From contig OZ025792.1 in the NCBI GenBank assembly GCA_964019425.1, forward strand, positions 434,001 to 498,000: a stretch of 64,000 nt of DNA, given 5' to 3'. Position 1 is the first letter of the stretch, and each line of letters opens with the position of its first letter. Shown here piece after piece: positions 51,133-62,500 of the stretch. Below the pieces are notes generated by a model that ran no database searches, was not told the origin of the DNA, and was given only the letters and a program-made list of their open reading frames with translations. Origin of the DNA: Flectonema sp. DT1601. Its lineage: Eukaryota. The position numbers and the translations under genes were made by a program.

Positions 51133-52398
51133 GTTGTAATACCTGATAAAGAGTTAAAAAATAGTTTCCTGCGTTTTTTTTTTTTTTTTTTCCTCTCCTC
51201 TCGAACACAATTTTTTTTTCCACTAAAAAATTTAACTTTTTTTTTTTTTTTTTTTTAAGTTTTCGAAAAAAACAAGGAAGAAAAAAAAAATTGTAGGTAT
51301 CAGGTGACGAACACTAAAAAATACTTTTTAGCACACATACTGTATTTTTTGGTGACAGAAGAAGTAGGGGAAAAAAAAAGAAGAATAATGGACACCGTGA
51401 GATGTAGGCATGCATCTTCAACACACGAAACAAAACATTCCCTCAAAAAAAAAAAAAACCTTTTATTAAAAAAAAAGAGAGTTCTCTAAAAGAAACGTAG
51501 TACTACTAGTTTAAAACGAGTGAAAACAAAAAGTTGGGAAACAAAAAAAAGTTTTTAAAAAATCGTCAAGTTCGTGCTTGTATAGGAAGCAAAAAAAGAA
51601 AAAAAAAACAGAGAGGAAAATAAAAAGCACAGCGTCAGTCGGCTCAGGGCTATTGAGCGAAATCCTGCTACACGGACAGGTAAGTGCATTTTTTTTTTAT
51701 TTTATTTTTTTTATATATTAAGTTAAGATTTAACCAGGTACGGAAAAAGAATAAACCGTCGTTGTCAGCTTGGGAGAAATGGGGGAAAAGAAAAATAAGA
51801 ACAAAATTCAATGAGGAAACCATCCCACTCGTTCGTACACGAAAACCATACCTAGGCTAGTTTGCATGGGTTTCAACATGCGCTGCCAACGTTCCATTTT
51901 GCCTCATACTAAAAGGGTTGTTAGGTATAAAATCAAAAAGAAAATACGGAAAATCAGAATAGAAACACATTCATCTTTCAGGAAAGTTATGTAACAATGT
52001 GTTGTAATCCTCTTCTTCTTCTTTTTTTTTCCCCCTCCTTCCCCATCTCCATTATCTATTTGTTAAAATGACTACTACTTTTTTTTTTTTTTTTAAAAAG
52101 AACGCTCCCTCTGCAGTAACACGCGAAAGGAAGACGCTAATACTAAGATCAAAGACCGACTAGGAAACAAAAAAGAAGATTGCTAAAGCTCTTCCTTTGG
52201 TTCACGTCTAAGTAAATATCGGAACCCAGGCAACTGTTACAATCAGGAGGATAGAATACTATTGTTTCAGGGGGACAAGAAGGGTGTAATTTGTCTATTT
52301 CGGCGAACGTTTCGGTTCGACTTCAGCTCAGCAGATCGTCCATTCCAATATTAGTGCGTACGATAATCACAAAGACCAGATCACACTTAAGAACTACT

Positions 52399-55300
52399 CT
52401 AAATAGCACCTTGAAGCAGCAGGTCACACGCCTTGCGTGCATCTCCTCCAGTCCTCCTCAGAGCTTCTCTTGCCTTCTCCTCAGGGAATCCCATGTCACC
52501 GAGACGCTTTACCTATTTGTTTGTGTATTGACGTGATATAGTAGGCTTGTGCGTATTACAAGATATGATAAAGAAAATGTGTTACTAAATATTTATAATA
52601 AAAAACACACCGCTGCAGGATCAATGCCTCCGGGTGATGATTGTGCTGGAGAATGTGAAGAACGCGAAGGGGAAGGTTGGAATGATCCAGCTGGTTGTTT
52701 AGCTCCGTAAGAACCAGCAGGAGCTTTTGTGTAGGTTCGATTAGTCTGTGGTGGTGGTGCACTGGATTGTGATGGCTGAGAGTAACCTTTTGACGCGTAG
52801 TAGGCTGCTACTTGTGTACTCGCAGGTTTTCCCTTACACGAAACACACTTCCATCCGGAACTGCGATACTCCATCGGCTGGTCTCTCTTTCCACATACGA
52901 CACACCACTTTACTTCACCACTACTGCTTGAAGTACTGGCTCTGGTTGTTCCTCTTGCAGCTGATGATGCTCCTCCTCTCATAACAGTCGGTCTCATAAC
53001 AGAAGAAGTGTTGTACTTCCCGGCAAGGTGACCCTCCAAATCTTTCTTCACTTCCGCTGCTGCTACTTCGAGTGCTTCCATGTCGCGTTCTAGTTTGTTG
53101 TTTTGTATTAAGAAAATGATATTTTGACGAAAGAAAGAATTCGATTTTCACATCGAGTAAAGACATACTGAGCTCACCATCACTACGGCCTTCATTACCC
53201 ATTAGAAGGTTAAGACGTTGGTTAACAATCCAATTCGATTGTTGCTTTAGTAGAACAGCCTGAAGACGATCACGTTCTTCGATAGAGAAACCCATTTGAG
53301 ACATAGCACTCGGCGTAAGAGAGAATAAGGCTTGCCTTGAGGTAACTCCTTGTTGAACTAAAGCTTCTTGAGTAGATTCACTAAGCTTGGCATCATCAAA
53401 TAATGATTTTACTGTAGGTGGAAGAGCATCACGAACTCGTTGTTTTTGCATATCGAGTAAGAAGTCCATTGCTATCCTCTTCTCTCTCGCATTCTGAACA
53501 ACACCCAAGATAACAGGTAAGTCAAAGTGAGGAAATAGATTCACTAATTCCGTAAATGACTTTGCTTTATCTTCTTGCAAACCAGCAGTTTGCTGACGAA
53601 CTTCATTAGGATTGTGGACTGTCGCTGCTTGGATACCAGCCTGGGCTTTTTTACGACGCTCCTCAAGTTCCTTCTTCTTTTTCAAATACGATTTAATCCA
53701 TTTCAGTAAGAATGGAATACACTTTGGTAGTAAACTCTTAACCTTTCGATGTCTTTGTAATTCGAGTCCTTCGCTGACAAGACTTTTTGTGAAGACTTTC
53801 GTGTGCCCAATATCGAAATTAGGAGAAGGAGAATTCAAAACCCAAACCCAGAATTTAGCAATTTCACGACAAGCTGCTGGCATGTCAGCTGGGGAAGGAT
53901 GCTTTCCTGGAGGGTACTTCGCCTTAACACTCTTTGGTGCAATAATACGATAGCGAAGCCAAAATTCTTTATGAGGCTGTCTGACTGGGTATCCCTGACG
54001 CTTCATAAGAATAGTTTCAATCACACCAGCACATGTCAATTGAGTCATCACATAAGCATTATCAATAACTCCTGCTTTCATTTGAGGGTTTGGCTTTACA
54101 GTTCTAATAAAGTGAGAGTCAGTGCTGTTAAGTTCTTCCTTAAGAGATTCCAGTTGTTTCTTGAATTTCCATCCTACGGTTGGTTTCTTCTTTGAACCTT
54201 CAACAGCTGGAGTGATTAATGATGAAATAAAGCTTACACCAGAAGAAGCAATACATGATTGCATATCATCTTTTAGGGTGTCAGAGTTCTTTTCCAACCA
54301 ATTAGCTGTTTTGTAATCAACTGTTGCGGCATAGTGCTTGATTGAGAATCTATCTGGAACAGTGCTTCTAGGCTTTACAAAAAACTTATGATCCCCGTGA
54401 GCATTCCATGCTGCTTCAGTGAAAGCTCCGTCAGTTCCAAGACGGAAGTTACACTGATCGTCAAGGATTGCCATCACACCTGTTTTATCTTTCTGAAGCA
54501 TATCTAAACATGGCTGATTATCAGGGTAGTTAACAATTGGACAAGCGATTCCTTCTGATTCACATTCCTGTGCATCCTGAATGAAGGTGTACTTGTTGTA
54601 ATGGTTCTGAAGAGATTCATTGGTGTAATTGATACAGAACTGTTCAAAGCTGTTGATTTTGAAGTTTTCAAAACCAAAGATATCTAACAATCCAACGTAA
54701 CGAAGTTCTCCAGAACTTCTATCGTCAAGACGGATCGCTTTGTTTAAACGTTCAACTAACCAATCAAACATTCCAGAGTATAGTGCTTTTGATAAGGCGT
54801 CTCTCATGTCGCATGCTTCATTCTTGTCAGCCATTTGAGTCATAATTTTAGTTTTACTTTTAATTAATAAACATTCTTTGAACTTTGATGGATCCACACT
54901 GAGAAGTTTTGCAACCTTCTCAACAAGATCATGTTCTACGATCTTAGCCTTACCAGTAGAGTCATCAGTATCGAAGGTAACATTCTGAAGCCAAAGAATT
55001 GCAGCCAATACGCTAAAGATACAATGCTGTTCATCATCAGTGATTCCCGTGTCGTTAAACGCCTGGAGAAGGTTCTTAAACTCAACAGCATCATCAGTTA
55101 CACGTCCATGACCTTCACGGATAAATTGATTACCTTTGCTCAAACATTTGTAGTCCTGTGGCTTTGTAAGTCCTCCGTATTTCGACTTCTGAGCAGAACT
55201 CATTCCGCAGAGCATTTCATAGAAGACGTGGTATCCTCTCTCTCCAGGGTTTTGGGTTACGATTCTAGACTTCTCAAGAAGGTAGTGAACCATCTCAGCT

Positions 55301-56007
55301 CCAGTCAAAACCCCCGAAGATTTTCCAAAAAATAATTTGATGTACTTACCGAATCTCGAAGAGTTGTCGTTTCTAAGGGTCTTTGCGTTACCAAAAGATT
55401 CCAAAATAGGGTTAGAAGCCTTCAACTTCTTGTTTACTGATTCAGCGACAGCCCTCTGAACACCATTGCAACTGTGGCTGTATGACATACATCCCAAGTA
55501 GTCAATCAGTGTCTTTGCGGTTTCTGTCTTTCCGGCACCAGATTCTCCGGAAATCAAAATGGACTGGTTGTTACCATCCATGACGATAATCTTTTTGTAT
55601 GCTTTATGAGCTACTTCCCATGAATGAGGGTGATCCCATTTTCCATTAGTGTGAGGAGGCATCTTATTCGGGTGGTTATAATCTTTTACACAGAGAGGGT
55701 TAACCGCGATTACTATTTCACCCATTCTGGTAAACATCATTCCGAGTTTTTCATATCTTCGTTTTAAGCAATACAATAAAGTACTCTGATGCAAGTCAGC
55801 CATCTGAAATAAGTCTTCAAACCTCTCATCGTAACTCCCTTCCATGTGTCGATGGATGTTCTCTGAATCAACTGTAAATACTTCTCCTTTATCTTCAATT
55901 TTCATCGACTTCTTACCTGCTTCTTTTAGCACTCCAACAGCCCATCCTGTCTGTGGATTAACATAGAAGACTCTTGAGCCAGGTTGGTATATCTCCCTAG
56001 AAGCCAT
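52399..56007 (-). CDS. Myosin paralogue with CUE-like, SAM-like, CxxC..CxxC zinc ribbon and UBA tail; exons 56007-53169, 53089-52611, 52512-52399
   Basis: Same motor motifs; exon 2 has WCVVCG..WKCVSC; exon 3 encodes VKRLGDMGFPEEKAREALRRTGGDARKACDLLL. Confidence 0.92.
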
Positions 56008-56185
56008 AGTTAATGTGGTCCTTATGAGTGGGTAATTGATATTAATCTATTATTTCAAAATAATTAAGAAAATTCAACTTTGATAGCCCTGCTTGGAAAG
56101 CAGTATGAACGAGTGGGGTGTGGTGAAAAAAAAAAGCAAAACAAACTAAACGACTAGACGACTAGTTCCTTTATTTTTTTACTTT

Positions 56186-56752
56186 CTACTCTTCGTCATC
56201 ACCTCCACCACCACCACCTCCAGCCTTCTTTGAACGCTTGACACGTCCTGGACCTCCCTGTCCAAGGGATGAAGTTGGTGCAAGATCGATGTGCTTCTCG
56301 CTGTCAGTTCTCACCCAAAAGGATGGGACGGTAACCATCTGCTTACCAACACAGATGTGACGTTGACGGATCATCACACGGGCGTGGTGGATAGACTTGG
56401 CAAGACGACGCTTGAATACCAAAGTCTGAAGACGTCTCTCCAAGAAGTTGTGAAGGGTAAGCCCAAGAACGTAGTCGAGCTTCATGTGCTCAGCTGACAG
56501 AAGTCCGTATCTGAGACATCTTCTCAAAAGAGCTCCTCCTTCCAACTGACGACGTTCGTTGTCGGCGTCAAGGGTCAAAAGGTTACGGGCACACTTTCTC
56601 ATCTTGGCGAGGGTAAGAGCGACCTTCCAGACCTCACGCTTGCATCTGAGACCGAACTCTCCAACGAGCTTCAACTCCTTGTCCAATCTCTCCTTCTCGA
56701 AAGGACGACGTGGGTTCTTGTAAACCTTTCCGAACTCGCGGTACTTACGCAT
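56186..56752 (-). CDS. RPS9: 40S ribosomal protein S9 (uS4), copy 1
   Basis: [41 protein letters not shown]. Confidence 0.97.
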   Translation of the reverse strand: MRKYREFGKVYKNPRRPFEKERLDKELKLVGEFGLRCKREVWKVALTLAKMRKCARNLLTLDADNERRQLEGGALLRRCLRYGLLSAEHMKLDYVLGLTLHNFLERRLQTLVFKRRLAKSIHHARVMIRQRHICVGKQMVTVPSFWVRTDSEKHIDLAPTSSLGQGGPGRVKRSKKAGGGGGGGDDEE

Positions 56753-57030
56753 CTTGTTGCTGGGCTATATTCTGAGGGGCGGAACACAATAAACTAATTG
56801 TCAGAGTACACAAAGGCCACACACCTACAAGCTGCCATTTCATAACGAGCAAAAAGGTTCGCTAAACGACAGGTAATATCAGTGGATGGATCAAACGCAG
56901 ACTCACTACCAGTTTAGTAATCCTTTCAGAGAACAGAATATCCTGAAAGAAGTAAACAAAGATTCCCTTGAAAATCCTACCAACGTCCAACAAAGTACCA
57001 TTGATTAACAGTATTACAGACAACTCCTCA

Positions 57031-58068
57031 TGAGGAGAGCCCCGACGAGTGGATGCAGAAAACGAGAAAATGATTTCAGAAAGTTATTTTATTTTCAATC
57101 ACAACAAAGTTCAGAGAGATTCCTAATGTATTTGTACATCATTTGAGAACAAGATAACGATGACAGCAGTCGGTAATTAGATCATAGACTCTATCTGTGC
57201 TCAGTGGGTGATGATGGTTATCAACATCCTCGACAAACAAACCAGCATTAGAGTTATTGATAATCATTTCAAGGGGAGACAACAAAAAAGGAAAAGCAGA
57301 AACCGTCATTCTCCGTAGACTCGAACAGCAGCAAATTATAAAAAAGGAGCGAGGGAAGGAAGGTTATTACAGCAGTGGCTCCACGCAACTAATATCAAGA
57401 AGCTGCTGGCACTTTCTGATTGCCAGTAATGCAGGCAACAAACAGACTAAGTCCTCGTGATACGTCCTGAGGAGAGCCCCGACAAGTGGATGGGGAAAAC
57501 GATAAAATGATTTCAGAAAGTTACTTTATTTTCAATCACAACAAAGTTCAGAGAGATTCCTAATGTATTTGTACATCATTTGAGAACAAGATAACGATGA
57601 CAGCAGTCGGTAATTAGATCATAGACTCTATCTGTGTTCAGTGGGTGATGATGGTTATCAACATCCTCGACAAACAAACCAGCATTAGAGTTATTGATAA
57701 TCATTTCAAGGGGAGACAACAAAAAAGGGAAGCTAAAATTGCCATTCTCTGTTGACTCGAAGCATTTTATAAAAAAGGAGCGAGGGAAGAATTTCTTTAG
57801 TTATTACAGCAGTGGCTCGACGCAACTAATATCGAGAAGCTGCTGGCACTTTCTGATTGCCAGTAATGCAGACAACAAACAGATCCTGAGGAGAGCCCTA
57901 TCAGAATTGAAGACAACAAGTGGATGGAGAAAATGATTTCAGAAAGTTATTTATTTTCAATCACAACAAAGTTCAGAGAGATTCCTAATGTATTTGTACA
58001 TCATTTGAGAACAAGATAACGATGACAGCAGTCGGTAATTAGATCATAGACTCTATCTGTGTTCAGTG
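57031..58068 (-). repeat. ~430-bp tandem repeat (about 2.4 units); candidate C/D snoRNA cluster, locus B
   Basis: Near-identical to 37056-37988 (shared 67-aa spurious ORF at 37151 and 57257). Confidence 0.92.
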
Positions 58069-58414
58069 GTTATAATGATTTAGATGAGGTGAAAACTGCC
58101 ACATCAATAATTTCATAAAAGGTATTCAAACTGAAGATTTTAAAAGTGTAACTCTGTATTAAAAAACTAATTTAAGAATGCTACTAAACTTGACAATCCA
58201 TTGACAATAGAACAAATACCAGCAGGGTGTTGCCCCGGCCCTCTTCCCTTTGTAGATTTCTTTATCAGTTTTGTTGTTTTTTTTTTTGACATTTTTTTTT
58301 TTTTTTTGCTTTTTTTTTTTGTTATTTTTTTTTTTTTTTCCTTTTTTCACGGATGCAATCACCGCTTATTTGAGATCACCTACAATCTCTGCTAAGTACC
58401 ATCGACAAACAGGT

Positions 58415-58981
58415 TTACTCTTCGTCATCACCTCCACCACCACCACCTCCAGCCTTCTTTGAACGCTTGACACGTCCTGGACCTCCCTGTCCAAGGGATG
58501 AAGTTGGTGCAAGATCGATGTGCTTCTCGCTGTCAGTTCTCACCCAAAAGGATGGGACGGTAACCATCTGCTTACCAACACAGATGTGACGTTGACGGAT
58601 CATCACACGGGCGTGGTGGATAGACTTGGCAAGACGACGCTTGAATACCAAAGTCTGAAGACGTCTCTCCAAGAAGTTGTGAAGGGTAAGCCCAAGAACG
58701 TAGTCGAGCTTCATGTGCTCAGCTGACAGAAGTCCGTATCTGAGGCATCTTCTCAAAAGAGCTCCTCCTTCCAACTGACGACGTTCGTTGTCGGCGTCAA
58801 GGGTCAAAAGGTTACGGGCACACTTTCTCATCTTGGCGAGGGTAAGAGCGACCTTCCAGACCTCACGCTTGCATCTGAGACCGAACTCTCCAACGAGCTT
58901 CAACTCCTTGTCCAATCTCTCCTTCTCGAAAGGACGACGTGGGTTCTTGTAAACCTTTCCGAACTCGCGGTACTTACGCAT
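58415..58981 (-). CDS. RPS9: RPS9 copy 2
   Basis: Identical 188-aa protein. Confidence 0.97.
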   Translation of the reverse strand: MRKYREFGKVYKNPRRPFEKERLDKELKLVGEFGLRCKREVWKVALTLAKMRKCARNLLTLDADNERRQLEGGALLRRCLRYGLLSAEHMKLDYVLGLTLHNFLERRLQTLVFKRRLAKSIHHARVMIRQRHICVGKQMVTVPSFWVRTDSEKHIDLAPTSSLGQGGPGRVKRSKKAGGGGGGGDDEE

Positions 58982-59329
58982 TTTAGAGTAGGTGGAAGAT
59001 TTCCTAAGGATTGAATAAGATTAAAACTAACGACCTACTTACTCAGATAATTGACATCAAACTAATAATACTAATTCGCTGTCATATCGCTCAGCTAAAA
59101 TGATACATTCGTTTAATTGAAACTGTAAGAAAGGAATCGTTAAGTCCGCAGAATGCCTTCAGACTTGTTGAGTAGACAACTCATCTGATCCTACCAATTG
59201 ACTACTCGCTGATTACTATTTTTTTTGACTTTTTTTTTGAATTTTTTAATGACATTTACTTCGGCTGGTCAGTCTTTATTCGCTTTGCCTTGAAAATCAT
59301 TCCAACAAAATACTTTCGGATGTGAAGAT

Positions 59330-59896
59330 CTACTCTTCGTCATCACCTCCACCACCACCACCTCCAGCCTTCTTTGAACGCTTGACACGTCCTGGACCTC
59401 CCTGTCCAAGGGATGAAGTTGGTGCAAGATCGATGTGCTTCTCGCTGTCAGTTCTCACCCAAAAGGATGGGACGGTAACCATCTGCTTACCAACACAGAT
59501 GTGACGTTGACGGATCATCACACGGGCGTGGTGGATAGACTTGGCAAGACGACGCTTGAATACCAAAGTCTGAAGACGTCTCTCCAAGAAGTTGTGAAGG
59601 GTAAGCCCAAGAACGTAGTCGAGCTTCATGTGCTCAGCTGACAGAAGTCCGTATCTGAGGCATCTTCTCAAAAGAGCTCCTCCTTCCAACTGACGACGTT
59701 CGTTGTCGGCGTCAAGGGTCAAAAGGTTACGGGCACACTTTCTCATCTTGGCGAGGGTAAGAGCGACCTTCCAGACCTCACGCTTGCATCTGAGACCGAA
59801 CTCTCCAACGAGCTTCAACTCCTTGTCCAATCTCTCCTTCTCGAAAGGACGACGTGGGTTCTTGTAAACCTTTCCGAACTCGCGGTACTTACGCAT
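59330..59896 (-). CDS. RPS9: RPS9 copy 3
   Basis: Identical 188-aa protein; true ATG at 59896. Confidence 0.97.
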   Translation of the reverse strand: MRKYREFGKVYKNPRRPFEKERLDKELKLVGEFGLRCKREVWKVALTLAKMRKCARNLLTLDADNERRQLEGGALLRRCLRYGLLSAEHMKLDYVLGLTLHNFLERRLQTLVFKRRLAKSIHHARVMIRQRHICVGKQMVTVPSFWVRTDSEKHIDLAPTSSLGQGGPGRVKRSKKAGGGGGGGDDEE

Positions 59897-60081
59897 TTTG
59901 TATGTGGAAGATTTCCTGAGGCTGATGATAGTAATACGAAATACATAAAAGATAACATTAATCTGATACGTCATATCACAACACACTTCTTCTTTTTTTT
60001 GATAATCCGGTAGATTGTACCATATTTTTTATCCCCTATTCCTTTTTTTATTTTTTTTGTCAGATTTTCGTACTAAAGAAT

Positions 60082-60648
60082 CTACTCTTCGTCATCACCT
60101 CCACCACCACCACCTCCAGCCTTCTTTGAACGCTTGACACGTCCTGGACCTCCCTGTCCAAGGGATGAAGTTGGTGCAAGATCGATGTGCTTCTCGCTGT
60201 CAGTTCTCACCCAAAAGGATGGGACGGTAACCATCTGCTTACCAACACAGATGTGACGTTGACGGATCATCACACGGGCGTGGTGGATAGACTTGGCAAG
60301 ACGACGCTTGAATACCAAAGTCTGAAGACGTCTCTCCAAGAAGTTGTGAAGGGTAAGTCCAAGAACGTAGTCGAGCTTCATGTGCTCAGCTGACAGAAGT
60401 CCGTATCTGAGACATCTTCTCAAAAGAGCTCCTCCTTCCAACTGACGACGTTCGTTGTCGGCGTCAAGGGTCAAAAGGTTACGGGCACACTTTCTCATCT
60501 TGGCGAGGGTAAGAGCGACCTTCCAGACCTCACGCTTGCATCTGAGACCGAACTCTCCAACGAGCTTCAACTCCTTGTCCAATCTCTCCTTCTCGAAAGG
60601 ACGACGTGGGTTCTTGTAAACCTTTCCGAACTCGCGGTACTTACGCAT
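60082..60648 (-). CDS. RPS9: RPS9 copy 4
   Basis: Identical 188-aa protein. Confidence 0.97.
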   Translation of the reverse strand: MRKYREFGKVYKNPRRPFEKERLDKELKLVGEFGLRCKREVWKVALTLAKMRKCARNLLTLDADNERRQLEGGALLRRCLRYGLLSAEHMKLDYVLGLTLHNFLERRLQTLVFKRRLAKSIHHARVMIRQRHICVGKQMVTVPSFWVRTDSEKHIDLAPTSSLGQGGPGRVKRSKKAGGGGGGGDDEE

Positions 60649-61126
60649 TTTGGAGTAGGTGGAAGATTTCCTGGGCGGGAAGTTAAAAGTAAAGTTATCA
60701 GGTCAACCCATGCAAGACGAATTACTGTCAACACCCAGTACTGAGCTTTAGCAAAGAAGCCATTAATGTACATAACCTGCCCTGAAATGATAATAAAAAA
60801 CAAACTAAAGAAAACAGAAAGTCCGCAGTCACGTCCTCTCTCAGATTCTTGAAAATATTTGTCGGTTGATATGCAGTGAACTGCTCAAGAGAATAAGGAT
60901 ATAAATATTGATACACAACGTTATTATAATTGTGCTAACATAATGGGGGCAGACACACCATTGGAGGTCTGAACTGATAAGTTGATAACTGTTGCCAGAT
61001 GTCTTTCAAATGATTCTAAGTTGTAGTAAAAAGCTGTCGGCCGTTTGTGTTTTGTGTCGCATCATGTTAGTCATTTTAGTCCGATTGAAGTTAGGGGTAA
61101 AGAGTTTTTAAAGACCTACTTCAATT

Positions 61127-61693
61127 CTACTCTTCGTCATCACCTCCACCACCACCACCTCCAGCCTTCTTTGAACGCTTGACACGTCCTGGACCTCCCT
61201 GTCCAAGGGATGAAGTTGGTGCAAGATCGATGTGCTTCTCGCTGTCAGTTCTCACCCAAAAGGATGGGACGGTAACCATCTGCTTACCAACACAGATGTG
61301 ACGTTGACGGATCATCACACGGGCGTGGTGGATAGACTTGGCAAGACGACGCTTGAATACCAAAGTCTGAAGACGTCTCTCCAAGAAGTTGTGAAGGGTA
61401 AGTCCAAGAACGTAGTCGAGCTTCATGTGCTCAGCTGACAGAAGTCCGTATCTGAGGCATCTTCTCAAAAGAGCTCCTCCTTCCAACTGACGACGTTCGT
61501 TGTCGGCGTCAAGGGTCAAAAGGTTACGGGCACACTTTCTCATCTTGGCGAGGGTAAGAGCGACCTTCCAGACCTCACGCTTGCATCTGAGACCGAACTC
61601 TCCAACGAGCTTCAACTCCTTGTCCAATCTCTCCTTCTCGAAAGGACGACGTGGGTTCTTGTAAACCTTTCCGAACTCGCGGTACTTACGCAT
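61127..61693 (-). CDS. RPS9: RPS9 copy 5
   Basis: Identical 188-aa protein; true ATG at 61693. Confidence 0.97.
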   Translation of the reverse strand: MRKYREFGKVYKNPRRPFEKERLDKELKLVGEFGLRCKREVWKVALTLAKMRKCARNLLTLDADNERRQLEGGALLRRCLRYGLLSAEHMKLDYVLGLTLHNFLERRLQTLVFKRRLAKSIHHARVMIRQRHICVGKQMVTVPSFWVRTDSEKHIDLAPTSSLGQGGPGRVKRSKKAGGGGGGGDDEE

Positions 61694-61894
61694 TTTAGAG
61701 TAGGTGGAAGATTTCCTGATGGGAAGGGAAAATAAGAAATAAAAACAACAGCACATTATAAATGAAAACCAACATCAAAAAGGTACTACGGGAGAACCAA
61801 ATTGCCGATCGTCGACTTAACGAAATTTGCTAACGAGTGCTAAGATGTACACAAATAATTATTATATCCGAAAAGTGTTTAGAAATCAAAAAGA

Positions 61895-62500
61895 CTATTG
61901 ACTGGGTTGCGTTTGAATCTTTAATCTATCACTGACAGCGCTCAGGTGATCTTTTTTATGTTGTAGGGCTGTAAGTAGTCTTTTATTATTAGGATCTGTT
62001 TTTAGACTTGTTGTTAATTCAGATATATCATCCTTTAGTGAGGTAACTCGAAGACTGAGGAAAGCAACTTCATTATCAGCTGTTGAGCATATGGAGGAAA
62101 CGTTGTCACCAACACAAGTTTCAGTTCCTGACATCGTCCCTTGTTGAATGCTTTTTTGAACTTTTTGTGTTCGGAGTGGAGGACGCTCATCATCTTCTGT
62201 GTCGCTGTCTATGTTGATGTCTTCTAATTCACGATCTTCTCGAGTTCTCTTTCCGTCGGCAATTCGATGTGCTACAACTGCTAAAGTGTCCGGGGCTGTC
62301 GTCGCGCCTTTCATTTCTGCTGTATGTCTCTCGCTATCAATATACAACAATTCTCTAGCTTCACTCAAAATCTGTCTATAAACACTACTCTGACTCGGAC
62401 CAGCAACCATTACCACTGCTCTTACTAAATGATGGTAGGCGCTGACCTCTTCTTTGCGGAGCTTCTTGAACAGCTCTTCATCAGTTGGATTTTTTGACAT
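61895..62500 (-). CDS. ENT (EMSY N-terminal) domain protein with C-terminal coiled coil
   Basis: LRKEEVSAYHHLVRAV..ILSEARELLYIDSERHTAEM fits the ENT pattern (LE.EAY..LRA...L..LR..L.I..E.H). Confidence 0.68.
   Translation of the reverse strand: MSKNPTDEELFKKLRKEEVSAYHHLVRAVVMVAGPSQSSVYRQILSEARELLYIDSERHTAEMKGATTAPDTLAVVAHRIADGKRTREDRELEDINIDSDTEDDERPPLRTQKVQKSIQQGTMSGTETCVGDNVSSICSTADNEVAFLSLRVTSLKDDISELTTSLKTDPNNKRLLTALQHKKDHLSAVSDRLKIQTQPSQ

Noticed and set aside
1..56007. Functional ubiquitin cluster (RNF213-like, NPL4, UBA myosins, BiP)
   Set aside because: The genes are dispersed among unrelated ones, and euglenozoan polycistrons are generally not functionally grouped.
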